63,737 nt of DNA, filler included, from Octopus bimaculoides (GCF_001194135.2; 9 parts of 8 records of this genome joined end to end with filler, not necessarily neighbours in it), one strand, 5' to 3'. Numbered from the whole stretch's first letter, positions 40,153-53,300 are shown. The notes: generated by a model from the sequence alone, not told the origin. Numbers and translations are program-made.

Positions 40153-40517
40153 TCCACATTTTAAGGTAGATGTTGTGGTATACGTGACAATTTGTTGACC
40201 ATTCAACATGGTGGAAAATAAAAGATATTCACAAAAGCGAATAGGATGTTTGGCGCGAAAGCATTCAAAGCTGTGAACTGCGCTATACACNNNNNNNNNN
40301 NNNNNNNNNNNNNNNNNNNNNNNNNNNNNNNNNNNNNNNNNNNNNNNNNNNNNNNNNNNNNNNNNNNNNNNNNNNNNNNNNNNNNNNNNNNNNNNNNNNN
40401 NNNNNNNNNNNNNNNNNNNNNNNNNNNNNNNNNNNNNNNNNNNNNNNNNNNNNNNNNNNNNNNNNNNNNNNNNNNNNNNNNNNNNNNNNNNNNNNNNNNN
40501 NNNNNNNNNNNNNNNNN

Positions 40518-40565
<48 letters not shown>

Positions 40566-40739
40566 GTACAGAGAACAATCTATTTCATATCCATTTGCGT
40601 CCCTGTTTCTGCCAGGGCCGCCATGTTTATTGACTGCCGGAAGCGCTAAGTAAAACTACTTAAACCGTTTGTAATGTAACGCTGTACTTTGTCAATAAAT
40701 TTTCAGGCGACACATCTTCATGGATTAAGCATGGCTGGG

Positions 40740-41830
40740 TGTGTTGTGTGGATGTGTGTCTGTATGTGTTCGTGTTTATGCGTGTGCATGTCTATTGTGC
40801 GGCCTGTGTGCATCTCTGGTTTATAGCATTTGTGTGTGTCGGAGTATGTGTGTATGCGTGTGTGCGTGTGGTTATGTTTGTGTGCTCTTTGTGTTTTACA
40901 TGTATGCAATATTTGCAGGTTTTCAGTGAATTCGTTTGTGTGTTTTTCCGTGTGTGTATGTGCGTCTGTGTGTGTGTGTGTGTGTGTCTGTCTGTATTTT
41001 GTATATGTATGTGTGTGTGTGTGTGTGCCTATTTATTTATCTATATTTGTTGCATATATATCCGCTTGCATACGATATTTGCAGACTTTGTGCATATGCC
41101 TGTGTACCGAAATATGTTTTTGTGTGTATGCGTATGCGTGGAATTGTGTATGCATATGTGTGTATATATGTGTTTGTGCATGTGTGTGTGCGTGTGTGTG
41201 TGTGTGTGTATGTGTGTGTGTGTCTGCCTGTGTGTGTGTTTCTAAAGCATATCATTTGCAGATATTCCCGGCTTCTCTGTTTCAGAATTTGTGTGTCTGT
41301 ATGTATATGTTTGCGTGTGTGTGTTTGTGCGCGTGTGCGTGTGCGTGCATGTTTGTTTGTGTGTATGTGCATGTGTGTGTACGGGTCTATGTACGCGTGC
41401 TTGTGTACGTGTTCTATGTAACGCTTGTATCTGATATCTGTGGATGATCCGTGTCTCTGAAGTTATGTCTGTGTGTGTGTGTGCGTGTGTTTGTGCCTGT
41501 GTGCGTGCGTGTGTTTGTGCGTGTGTGTGTGCGTGTGTTTGTGCCTGTGTGTGTGAGTGTATGCGCGTGTGTTTGTACTACCCATATGTGGTATACGATG
41601 TTTATTGATGTGTGTGTGCAAACCTCTTTATGTGTGATTGCGTCTCGGAATGCTTTGTACGTGTCGCTTATATGCAACATACCTGGAATGTACATGTGCA
41701 TTTGTGTGTGTGAATTTGTATGATGTTTCTATGCGTATGCGTGTGCGTGTGTGTGAATTTGTCTGGTGTCTGTATGCGTATGTGAGCGCGTGTGTCAGTT
41801 ACTGCATTTGTGTGCATGTGTATTTCATGC
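40740..41830. repeat. Degenerate (TG)n-rich low-complexity tract
   Basis: Directly visible; explains the overlapping C/V-rich ORFs. Confidence 0.9.
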
Positions 41831-42120
41831 GCATTTATTTTGTTCTGTTCGTTACATGACTTTTCCTTTGGCGAATGAAAAGCAATCTTCATTGGAAATT
41901 GGCGAAGAACGAGTCCAGTCCTGGGAAGGAGGAGGGGAGGGTGAAAGAGATGAAAAAACGAACATGGAAAACTGGGTAGCAGATATAAAGTGTAAGAGGG
42001 TTTGATAGAGATGTAGATAGATACAGGGAGAGAGCGAGAGAGACAGAGAGAGAGAGAGAGAAAGAAATACAAAAGGAAGAGTTCTTGGTTGTAAAATGTA
42101 GGTGGAGCAAATTATTTCTC

Positions 42121-42164
<44 letters not shown>

Positions 42165-42203
42165 NNNNNNNNNNNNNNNNNNNNNNNNNNNNNNNNNNNN
42201 NNN

Positions 42204-42253
<50 letters not shown>

Positions 42254-42992
42254 ATGCACATATATATTATGTACTACATTTATATAAGCATTGTCATTTA
42301 ACGCTATTGTTTATTCCTATATATGTATATATATATATATTCGTATACATTCTAGTGTGTAAACATTCACACACACGCATACACGAACAAACCTCACACA
42401 AGTTCACGTATAGCGCGTCTGAATATGTGCAAAGCAAATTCATATGACAGCCATTTTTAGCGTCTCAAATTGTTATATCCTCGCAGTAGATCACTCTGAA
42501 TCTATTTTTCACTCCATTCCGAAGACAATTATTAATTCGGATTTCTATATAAAGCAATGATTTTTCGTTTCTTCTCCGATTCTTTGTCAGCTTTTATATC
42601 AACGACACTTTCTGCCCACAATCAATACATAAATAAATAAATACATACATAGATACATACATACATACATACATACATACTTTACACACATACATAGACA
42701 CAATCACATATGTACCTACGTAAGCGCATGCATGCATACATACATGGATATATAANNNNNNNNNNNNNNNNNNNNNNNNNNNNNNNNNNNNNNNNNNNNT
42801 TAATTAATTAANNNNNNNNNNNNNNNNNNNNNNNNNNNNNNNNNNNNNNNNNNNNATATATATATATATAGTTCAAAAACTACTTACAGGGAATGACGCG
42901 GGCGTTCGATCATGTAAAACAAATAATAAATGAGTATATGCATATATACGTACAGGTATGTGTATACCTACGTCTACCTATATATATAGGTG

Positions 42993-43379
42993 CATATCTG
43001 GGTACAGGACATTGCAAACAAAACGTAGACAAAAAATAATAATAACCAGAGTACAGAACACACACAGGCCACATAGAGAACATTTTCCTTCATCGGCTAC
43101 CCCCATTCTAACACAGGCATTTCGAAGAGTAGGGCAGGACGCATCCTTAAGATGGCTCTTCCCACGGACCACAAATTAAATTTGCATACACAAATTAAAC
43201 TTGTACCATGGAGGAATGTAGTGGCGGACAGAAAACAAGACAGGAAAACAAACGGAAAAGAAAACAAGACAGGAAAACAAACGGAAAAGGCGATACAGTC
43301 AGACGTGAAAAATTATGTGTATATGGAACGCTTATTTTTTCGTCTACGTTTTGTTTGCAATGTCCTGTACCCAGATATG
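42993..43379. mobile_element. MITE-like element with about 50-bp terminal inverted repeats
   Basis: catatctgggtacaggacattgcaaacaaaacgtagac-aaaaaataa at the left and its reverse complement at 43332-43379 (one indel). Internal tandem duplication of about 29 bp near 43226-43288. Confidence 0.7.
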
Positions 43380-43539
43380 GGCATCAGCAGCTGTAGTTCT
43401 CTGCACACCAACATGTGACCACGTCCTTTGTTGAGGTGTTGCATAATCAATTGTCAGGATTTTTCTTGATTACAAATCAATGAATACATCTTTTAACCAC
43501 AGACGGTGAACCGTTGTGGTGCGAAGTAGAATAATCGGG

Positions 43540-43900
43540 AGCAGTTCTGGTCCTCTTGGCTAATAATCGAATGAATACGATCGCGAATACAAACGGCTGA
43601 AATGGGGTTCTTCCGAATAGTCTCTGAAGATATGTTATTTTATTGAGTGCGTAGCCTGCACATCAGAGGGGTGTTCTTGGTAGAGCCTCTTGGGAGATCA
43701 CATCTCCGATACTACGGAAATGTGGTAAAAATGATTCAGGAGAGTATCAATGAACAGGTTTTACGGCCAAAAACAACTGACAGGAAACCCAGAGATCGGT
43801 TAGTCTCTTTTCGAGGTCCAGCTGAATCATTTGGAGACGGTTAATTGTGACGGGATCTGATAGAAGACGGGCTTGAGGAATATTCTCTTATAATACTTCC
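43540..43900 (+). mobile_element. Decayed RTE/Rex3-like LINE 3' ORF fragment
   Basis: RSRIQTAEMGFFRIVS...VRSLHIRGVFLVEPLGRSHLRYYGNVVKM...QVLRPKTTDRKPRDR resembles the RTE C-terminal pattern RSRIQAAEMxFLRRV...VEPL...RSQLRWxGHxxRM...GRRPRGR. Confidence 0.75.
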
Positions 43901-43984
43901 AAGAATTTAGTGGAGGACGAAGGCAAGCGGAGATTTACATACACAAATAATCTACACACATAAACACATATACCTCTATATACA

Positions 43985-44245
43985 TTAGTTTCAAATTTTG
44001 GCACAAGGCCAGAAATTTCGGTGGACGGGGAAACACGATTACATCGACTCTAGTGTTTCACTGGTACTTATTTAATGGACCCTCAAAGGATGAAAGACAA
44101 AGTCGACCACGGCAGCATTTGAACTCAGAATTTCGAGGGAGAGGGTAAGTCCAATATATAGATCCCAGTGCTCAACTGCTACTTATTTCATCGACTCAGA
44201 AGGATAAAAAACAAAGTCGACTTCGGCGGAATTTGAACTCAGAAT
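43985..44245 (-). mobile_element. Two tandem SINE family B segments
   Basis: The module aaaggatgaaagacaaagtcgacc...tttgaactcagaa occurs twice before the gap. Confidence 0.8.
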
Positions 44246-44849
44246 NNNNNNNNNNNNNNNNNNNNNNNNNNNNNNNNNNNNNNNNNNNNNNNNNNNNNNN
44301 NNNNNNNNNNNNNNNNNNNNNNNNNNNNNNNNNNNNNNNNNNNNNNNNNNNNNNNNNNNNNNNNNNNNNNNNNNNNNNNNNNNNNNNNNNNNNNNNNNNN
44401 NNNNNNNNNNNNNNNNNNNNNNNNNNNNNNNNNNNNNNNNNNNNNNNNNNNNNNNNNNNNNNNNNNNNNNNNNNNNNNNNNNNNNNNNNNNNNNNNNNNN
44501 NNNNNNNNNNNNNNNNNNNNNNNNNNNNNNNNNNNNNNNNNNNNNNNNNNNNNNNNNNNNNNNTTATATATGTAAATATTTATTTGTGTACATGTGCGTG
44601 TGCGTAGAGCGTCTATGAGTGAAATTCATTCAAGAATTACTCGCCTAGTTCAGAGAATTCTAGATTTCGTCATAGTGTCCTTATGACGTCATAATAGCGG
44701 AAACGTTTTCTCCAAGGCCTTCGTTTCAAATAATATTCAGTCTCTTTCAACCTTTCACGGTGATTAGAGGCTAGGGAATGTGTGCGCCGGGGGACGCACC
44801 CGGACACCTGAAGACTAGAGTGAAGTCAGAGTCATCTTCACCTTGTTTT

Positions 44850-45310
44850 TGGTGTTTGTGGGGATATTTTGAGCGGACCTTCACAGGCGTGCTCTCCAGT
44901 CATTTGGATCCTTATAACTTTCTTAAAAAATAGATATCTTTTAAGGAAATATTCTACAAATACCTCTCGGATAGTGTATATTACGACTATATCAGAATTT
45001 AAAGTGAAAAAAATAGAAGTCGCGCATACATATATACTGACACACATCCCGATTTTTTTTCAAAATTTCAAGTTCCATTTTGTGGAGATATATGATACGT
45101 GTGTCAGTATATGTGTGTGTAATTTCGTGAAATTTTCTTTTTTTTTTTTCACATTAAATTCCTCTACAATCTTAATGTACACAATCCGGGAGGTATTTGT
45201 AGAAAATTTCTTTAAAAGTCTACCCATTTTTCTGGAAATTATCAGGAAACAAATTCGGGGATACAATTGTGTGGGTCTGCCGTTTTATGCACCTTTGAGT
45301 TCTTAAACAC
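44850..45310. repeat. Diverged long foldback (imperfect inverted repeat), probably an old MITE
   Basis: 44895-45048 and 45094-45260 are imperfect reverse complements (e.g. ttctacaaatacctctcgga versus tccgggaggtatttgtagaa; tatactgacacac versus gtgtgtcagtata). Confidence 0.65.
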
Positions 45311-45544
45311 CCTCTGTAACATGCTGGTTGGTACCATAACATAGTTACAAGGTGTCCGGTATTGTTCCTGCACCCGTATGAACTCTTAGCCAGGCAATTT
45401 CAGGACAGGAAACCTGGAGGTTCCAACCAGAAACGATACTTCACACTCGATATATTCACACAGAATATTTCATTGTAAACAATCGTGTAACTGTAAGTGG
45501 ACGTGATAGTAAGAAGAGGTAAATAAAAATCGCACAGAAATATT

Positions 45545-45740
45545 CCTTTCTACTATAGGAACAACGTTTGAAATTTAGTGGAATGAGTAGTCGATCATAT
45601 TAATCACAAAGCTTGACAGGTAATTATTTTATCAAGAACAAAAAGATCACGGGAACCATCGACCTCGGTGGATTTTGAACTCAGATTGCAAAGGTGTACG
45701 AAATGCTGCCGTTATGCTAACCAATCTGCTGCTCACCGTC
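45545..45740 (-). mobile_element. SINE family B, diverged
   Basis: tcgacctcggtggattttgaactcaga...ccaatctgctgctcaccg. Confidence 0.65.
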
Positions 45741-46104
45741 TTAATGGACATTCAACATATAGTCCATGTGTAGATGTAGAGAGTAGGGTTATAAACTCGG
45801 TAAGTGCTTAAATAAAATACAAGTTTGCTGCTATTAAAATGTTTGATAATATTTTCTTGATATTTCGTTTATAATGAAAGCTAAATTCTATCTGTCTGCG
45901 GTCCCTCTATCTCAGTCTACATTTGCTCTAAATAGTGATATTATACCTTTTGGGAATGAGAATGATCCTGGAATTGAAAATCTGCTCTTAAGTTTGTTCT
46001 TGAACGTCCTGTATTAGGATGTTATTTAAAGGGATTTGGGTTGCTACTTCTAGCACTCAGAACAAGAAGGACGAAATGCCCCTAACATTTTCCCGGGCAT
46101 GCTT

Positions 46105-46200
46105 ACAAGGCGGCGAACTGGCAGAAACGTTATCACGCCAGGCGAAATGCTTAGCGGTATTTCGTCTGCCGCTACGTTCTGAGTTAAAATTCCGCCGTGT
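46105..46200 (+). mobile_element. SINE family B head
   Basis: ggcggcgaactggcagaaacgttatcacgccaggcgaaatgcttagcggtatttcgtctgccgctacgttctgagttaaaattccgccg. Confidence 0.82.
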
Positions 46201-49045
46201 GAAATTCATTCAAGAATTTCTCTCCATTAATTTATAAATATTTTTTCATTATAATATACAATATTATTTTCTTTGTTCGTTTTATTTACTTTCAAAAGTC
46301 CAACGGTTTTTATTGAAATTACAGCGTCCCTTACTCGTTCGCTACTTAACATCCTAGGTTAATATCCTAATTTAACAACACTACTTAATTACTTACTTTA
46401 TTATGTAACGGTTTTCTTAACTGATATTGTATGCAGTGTCAATATGTTTCATGTCATTTCAACCTGTTTATACACATGTAATTTAAGGACAACTATTAAT
46501 CCTGTCTGTTATTTACTGTCTGCTATGAATTAATCAAATCTGACTCTGAAGCGATACAATATTCCATTTTTTATAACATTCAGGAGTGAGTCGGGATATT
46601 GCATCGAAATGTGCATAGGTCATTGAACAAGTTTTTACGATGGATCGCGTTATAGCTCTTATTACAATTGATATGCAAACAAGATTGTATGATAAACAAC
46701 CTTTCATATGAGTATTTTGCTACGTTGATAACAGGTACAATATTTTCCCCAAATTTTTGGTAGAGAACTATAAATACATATATATATATTTGTATATNNN
46801 NNNNNNNNNNNNNNNNNNNNNNNNNNNNNNNNNNNNNNNNNTTAATTAATTAANNNNNNNNNNNNNNNNNNNNNNNNNNNNNNNNNNNNNNNNNNNNATG
46901 TATACATATATATATGCACACACACATATATACATGCATAGATACATACCAACACAGTATATATTTAAAATATTGACTTTACATTTAGAGTATAAACAAG
47001 CAGCTTTAATGTATTTTTAGAGATCGGAATACATTGCGTTCACCTACAAACCACTCATTTATATAGATCTCAATTATTAACACCAAAAGTGAATCATGTA
47101 GATAACAGAAAAATATATCGTCATAACGTTTTAAAACGTTAGAAAAAAGTATATAAACAATGCATAAGCTAATATGTAGCTGACGAATTTGAATTAAAAT
47201 ATCACTTTATCGTTATATGTACGAGTAAAGAAAACAAAATGCGTTATAATATGTAATATATTAAATAGAACAGACAATAATTAAAAAAAGCTGCTATTAA
47301 ATATGATTTGTTATTTGGGGATTGTATTTGTTAGAAAATCCAGCATTGCGATTTCTTAATTCTGCTGAATAAAACTCTTTCTCGCATTTATAATTGAGTT
47401 CGAACTTGTAGCTACTTAATGAAAACAACCGAACTCGTAGCCATTCAATGAAAACATTCAAAAACAAACTTTGTAAAATTACTTTAAATTGTGGAAATAA
47501 ACAGAGAAGCTTGTTTCAGTCGTTATAAAGTAGTTTACACCATTTTTTAAAAACAAATCATATAAAAGAAGTAGAAAAGGGAAACGGAAACAAGATATCT
47601 AGGAGAAAATGTAAAAATCTTGTAGAAAGCAACCAATTGTATCAATGATCTTCGATATTATTATAACCTTTGGAGATATACTTCCGATTTGATGACCTAT
47701 TGATTACATGAGGAACGAAATATAGAGCTGAATAAAATTCATAATTGAAAATGAATTTCTCAAGGAGGCAAACCATGCAATATAGAAAGAAATTATAAAC
47801 TGTAAAGTTTAATCATAAAAGCAAAATGTGGAATAAAATGTGAGATACAGGGACTGAGGAATTTCTGTAAGTACACACACGCGCGCGCGCACACGCACAC
47901 ACAGACACGCACGCACGCACACGTACGCAAGCACGCTCACTCACAAGCACGCGCACACACATACACACAAATACACACACAAATTTGTTGTGCAATATAT
48001 GAAATCATAGAATTCTATGCCAATCATAAAAATGCTCCTCTAGTGAACCCGGCTACACACGGAAGAGTGTAATGTGAAGACCTATACAGCTGAAATCCAG
48101 TAGATCCAATGTGTGTGATTATTTCATGAGGAATTTATACATCATAAAAAGTCAAGAGGTATGGGAGATGAATATATTTATCTCACCAGTCGATATTCAT
48201 AGAATGACGGCCGTTTTGCAGCCGTCGTCATGTAATAATAATTTTAATGTATGATAAATCATTTTAAATGTCTGCACCAATATGCATCTTACACATTGCA
48301 CAACGCTATTATACATTTACAAATCAATGTAGATTTTCTCTGATCCAAACGAGAAGGATTCTAAAACAGCACTCGAATACCGGAGGTAGAATAATATGCT
48401 TTATTAATAAAGCTGCAAAGGCATCATAAAATCTGTTATTCAGAGTTCCAAATTCCCGTTCGTTTTTGTGGTGTCTTTGCAGCTTTATTATTAAAGTGTG
48501 TATATATATATATATGATGTACATACACACATATATATATGTATGTATATATATATATATATATGATGTACATACACACATATATATATGTATGTATATA
48601 TNNNNNNNNNNNNNNNNNNNNNNNNNNNNNNNNNNNNNNNNNNNNNNNNNNNNNNNNNNNNNNNNNNNNNNNNNNNNNNNNNNNNNNNNNNNNNNNNNNN
48701 NNNNNNNNNNNNNNNNNNNNNNNNNNNNNNNNNNNNNNNNNNNNNNNNNNNNNNNNNNNNNNNNNNNNNNNNNNNNNNNNNNNNNNNNNNNNNNNNNNNN
48801 NNNNNNNNNNNNNNNNNNNNNNNNNNNNNNNNNNNNNNNNNNNNNNNNNNNNNNNNNNNNNNNNNNNNNNNNNNNNNNNNNNNNNNNNNNNNNNNNNNNN
48901 NNNNNNNNNNNNNNNNNNNNNNNNNNNNNNNNNNNNNNNNNNNNNNNNNNNNNNNNNNNNNNNNNNNNNNNNNNNNNNNNNNNNNNNNNNNNNNNNNNNN
49001 NNNNNNNNNNNNNNNNNNNNNNNNNNNNNNNNNNNNNNNNNNNNN

Positions 49046-49078
<33 letters not shown>

Positions 49079-49741
49079 TGCGTACACACACTTGTATACA
49101 TTATTGCATAAATGCACTCTTATATTGATAGTAGAATGATACCTATTTAGGCACGTTAAATTGCACACACATCCATATACATAAATATGCACATGGGTAC
49201 ACATATATGCATTTGAGCATATATGTCACAAAAAAGGCACATACATACACACATATATACCTACAGGCATACAAACAGCTAAAAATGTACACGTGTATAA
49301 GTAAATAATTACGATCTTTTTTCTGGTCTCGTCTGAAACCCCGTGTCTTCGAAAATTCTGTGAAGGAAGGGAGTGCAGTTTTTAAGCAAAATTCAAAAGC
49401 TCAGTTTCTTTTAACCCGACGATGTAATTGTCTTTTATATCTCAGCAACCGATTTCAAAACTATTTCTTATTCAGTATCAGCTGTCACTTTCAGAATATC
49501 ATTTAGACAGATACTACATTCCCTTCCACTCACACATGCAGGAACATACACACACACAAACATTCGCATGTATACACATGCACGCATGTGCAAACATAAA
49601 TACACACACACAGACATACAGATATACGCACTAAACGTGCGCGCACACATACACGCACGCACACGCACGCACGCACCCCCCACACATGGACATGAATAAC
49701 CACCTAGTTTCTTTGAGTTATCTATATATATAAAAATGAGA

Positions 49742-49777
<36 letters not shown>

Positions 49778-50702
49778 NNNNNNNNNNNNNNNNNNNNNNN
49801 NNNNNNNNNNNNNNNNNNNNNNNNNNNNNNNNNNNNNNNNNNNNNNNNNNNNNNNNNNNNNNNNNNNNNNNNNNNNNNNNNNNNNNNNNNNNNNNNNNNN
49901 NNNNNNNNNNNNNNNNNNNNNNNNNNNNNNNNNNNNNNNNNNNNNNNNNNNNNNNNNNNNNNNNNNNNNNNNNNNNNNNNNNNNNNNNNNNNNNNNNNNN
50001 NNNNNNNNNNNNNNNNNNNNNNNNNNNNNNNNNNNNNNNNNNNNNNNNNNNNNNNNNNNNNNNNNNNNNNNNNNNNNNNNNNNNNNNNNNNNNNNNNNNN
50101 NNNNNNNNNNNNNNNNNNNNNNNNNNNNNNNNNNNNNNNNNNNNNNNNNNNNNNNNNNNNNNNNNNNNNNNNNNNNNNNNNNNNNNNNNNNNNNNNNNNN
50201 NNNNNNNNNNNNNNNNNNNNNNNNNNNNNNNNNNNNNNNNNNNNNNNNNNNNNNNNNNNNNNNNNNNNNNNNNNNNNNNNNNNNNNNNNNNNNNNNNNNN
50301 NNNNNNNNNNNNNNNNNNNNNNNNNNNNNNNNNNNNNNNNNNNNNNNNNNNNNNNNNNNNNNNNNNNNNNNNNNNNNNNNNNNNNNNNNTGTGGTGCATA
50401 AATTGTCAAGTAAATGAGACGCATCTTTGCCTCCACTGATTCACTTGCAAAGTGTTGAGTAAAATTATTTCGTTGCAGACCTCCTTTGAGTCTTTTTATT
50501 ATCACTGCGTCACACATAGTCCCCAGTTGGTAACATTGATTTCAAGGCCTTCCCAGATGAGAGACTGGCATTCCACTTAATGTCTATGTTCCATGCTGGC
50601 ATGGATTGGAGAGTTATTAATGTAGAAATATGGTATCGTAGCTACTAACAGTCGAGGGTTGCGTAGTCTAGACGGCGTTTTTAGATTTCATTATTCTCTT
50701 TA

Positions 50703-50731
50703 ACCCGGGCAATGCCGGGTATTTCTACTAG
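50703..50731 (+). mobile_element. Helitron-type 3' terminus
   Basis: GC-rich hairpin acccgg-gcaatg-ccgggt followed 7 nt later by CTAG and then T, the canonical Helitron end. Confidence 0.65.
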
Positions 50732-50886
50732 TATATATATAAAGAAATAAAATAATTTTACGTTTGATTTCTCAAATGAAATAATGAAGCATGTCTTCTG
50801 AAATTGTTATCCTGTAATTACCATATTCGAATGTCCAATTCATTTTGATGAGACTTCATCCATAATTTCCTTTTCAACTTTTCAAG

Positions 50887-50997
50887 GGAAGCCACGAAAA
50901 CTGGGAAAAGAAAAGCAGTTTGTTGGCTTCTGGCCCTGGACGTCATTACATGCTCCATGTACGTGGGACATCGGACTATAACACGAAAGCAGTTCAG
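50887..50997 (+). CDS. VIL1: Internal coding exon of a villin/advillin-like (gelsolin family) gene, G4-G5 linker and start of repeat 5
   Basis: Acceptor ttttcaacttttcaag and donor CAG|gtatgt. The 111 nt translate as GSHENWEKKSSLLASGPGRHYMLHVRGTSDYNTKAVQ, resembling villin repeat 5 (RLFQVxGTxxxNTKAxEV). Joins in frame to the exon at 53651. The symbol is family-level only; villin versus advillin cannot be resolved. Confidence 0.88.
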
Positions 50998-51147
50998 GTA
51001 TGTAATTTATTTATTTATTTATATTCTCATGTATAAACCATAGCGTCGCTGGTTAAAGATTATGTCCATCAAGTGTTCCTCATGTTTCTGACTCCGCTTA
51101 TGACTAGAGAGTGTTTTTAACTTGACATCCAGATGTGGGACATATAT

Positions 51148-51361
51148 TACTTTCAAATTTTGGCACAAAGATATCAATTTTAGGGGAGGGGATGTGTCGA
51201 TTACATCGATCCAAGTGTTCAACTGGTACTTATTTTATCGACCCCGAAAGGATGCAAGGCAAAGCCGACCACACCTGAATTTGAACTCCGAACATAAAGA
51301 CGGACCAAATGCTGCTAAGCATTTTGCCCGGTGTGCTAGCGATTCTGGTAGCTCGCCGCCT
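51148..51361 (-). mobile_element. SINE family B in the intron between the two villin exons
   Basis: Full-length reverse-complement match ending gctcgccgcc. Confidence 0.82.
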
Positions 51362-51369
51362 TAAATTGG

Positions 51370-51407
<38 letters not shown>

Positions 51408-52297
51408 NNNNNNNNNNNNNNNNNNNNNNNNNNNNNNNNNNNNNNNNNNNNNNNNTGTGTGTGTGTGTGTGTATATGTACGTATGTGTGGGTATAAGTAT
51501 ATCTATCTATGTATATATGTATAATTTTACACTCACACATGGATACACAAGAATGTGTGCATACGTGTAACTGAATGTCTTTAATGAAGTTTCTGTTGAC
51601 CAAATTCCTAGGATGTTGGCAACACGAAAGCTAAGACAGAAGACACTTTACTGAGATTCCGGCTATGGACTTGAAAACGGGAAGACGCTCTTACATAGTA
51701 ATCTTCTCAACTACGCAGCCGTGCTTGTAACCATATTATTTCCACATGGTTCTTGTTTTTTGCTGACATTTTAATATTTTTTCAATCAGCTTTAAAATCT
51801 TATTAAAGCAAAGAATGTAAGAACCTTGTTATCCGTCTTCTCGAAATAAAGTATCCCAGTTCTAATCTAGTTTGAGATTATGTAAATATCGGATCAGATA
51901 AAATCTAGTTCACATTACAGTCAACATTCGAAATCGCAGAAGATGCAAACCTATGTTATTTACGTAGCCAAACTCGTATCCATTATATCTAAGCTGTATC
52001 TTAAGTGTATCATAAGGAATATATGAATGAATTAATTCAGTAAATCATTGTAGAATCAAATATCACATGTTGTGTAAGAATACATGCTTAAAATTTGGCA
52101 AGGACATGTAATACTGAAATATTGGAGCATAAAACAGCTTATAATTTGGGATAACAGATAATATTATTGCAAGGACATTGGATGCATATACAATGACAGT
52201 GTATGCACACACGCAGATACACACATACATACAGAAAATAATGTAAGACTTGTAAAATATGTACACAGAGACACACACATATGCGTGTATATATATA

Positions 52298-52520
52298 TAT
52301 AATAAAATAAGGGCAGGAAAATTACATCAAAAAAATCATCGTATAAATATATAAAGTATGATTATTTAAAAGGTTTAAAGGTTAAAAAGTTTAAACTTTT
52401 AAACCTTTTAAATAATCATACTTTATATATTTATACACCTATCGAGAAATGCAATATTCTTTGGGCGATATCTTCTGTGATGATTTTTTGATGCAATTTT
52501 CCTGCTCTTATTTTATAATA
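52298..52520. repeat. Nested inverted repeat: outer arms of about 40 bp with an inner perfect 39-bp hairpin
   Basis: Outer aataagggcaggaaaattacatcaaaaaaatcatc versus gatgattttttgatgcaattttcctgctcttatt; inner gtataaatatataaagtatgattatttaaaaggtttaaa (52341-52379) and its exact reverse complement ending at 52436. Confidence 0.85.
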
Positions 52521-53174
52521 TAATATATAATCGGTCTTATTAAATGTCTAAATACTTTAATGTTTTAGACATTTCCCTACCAAGAGCACTTATTAAAAAA
52601 TTCAGCATATTGTATTCTCATTGAATATATTTGATTAACGTTATATATATATATATATATATTCTATCTGACGTACCCGATAATTCCCGGGAAAGCGGGG
52701 CTTATCTCTTGGTTTCGTTCTCATAATTGTTTCGCTAATCCATTACAATAATACAAAGTATGTATCCCTTAAAGCGGATTTTGTGCATTTACAGAGAACA
52801 GCGAACTGTCTTACACAGGATCTTGTTTTTAGGAATTTCCAATAAGTAATGAATACCCAAATTGTGATGTAAATTATATAACATGAAATTAGTTACCCGA
52901 CAGTAAGAATTCAAATAAAGTAGCCCCGAAAAGGGCTTTAATGCATTCCCAGAATATATAGAGCTTAGGAGGAAATACTAATAAGGTATGTATACTAAAA
53001 TCGTGAATCATGTTACGTAATAATAGGCTAATCAGATATGAGATAATAACATTTCAAAGTAAATAACACTGAAAAGGGCTTTTGTGCGTTCCCAGAGGAT
53101 ATTACCCTCAGCGGCGCTAGTGTTGGTATATTCGTGAATAAGTTACTAACCGAAATAAGTGGATCTATTGTTTA

Positions 53175-53300
53175 GAAAGGTAAAGTCGACCTCAGTGGAA
53201 TTTGAACTCAGGACGAGTTTAAAGTGGAATTTAAAGACGGACGAAGTTCTGCTTAACATTTAGTCCGGCGCGGTAACGATTTTACCAGCTCGCCGCCTTA
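53175..53300 (-). mobile_element. SINE family B 5' half
   Basis: aaaggtaaagtcgacctcagtggaatttgaactcagga...ccagctcgccgcc. Confidence 0.78.
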
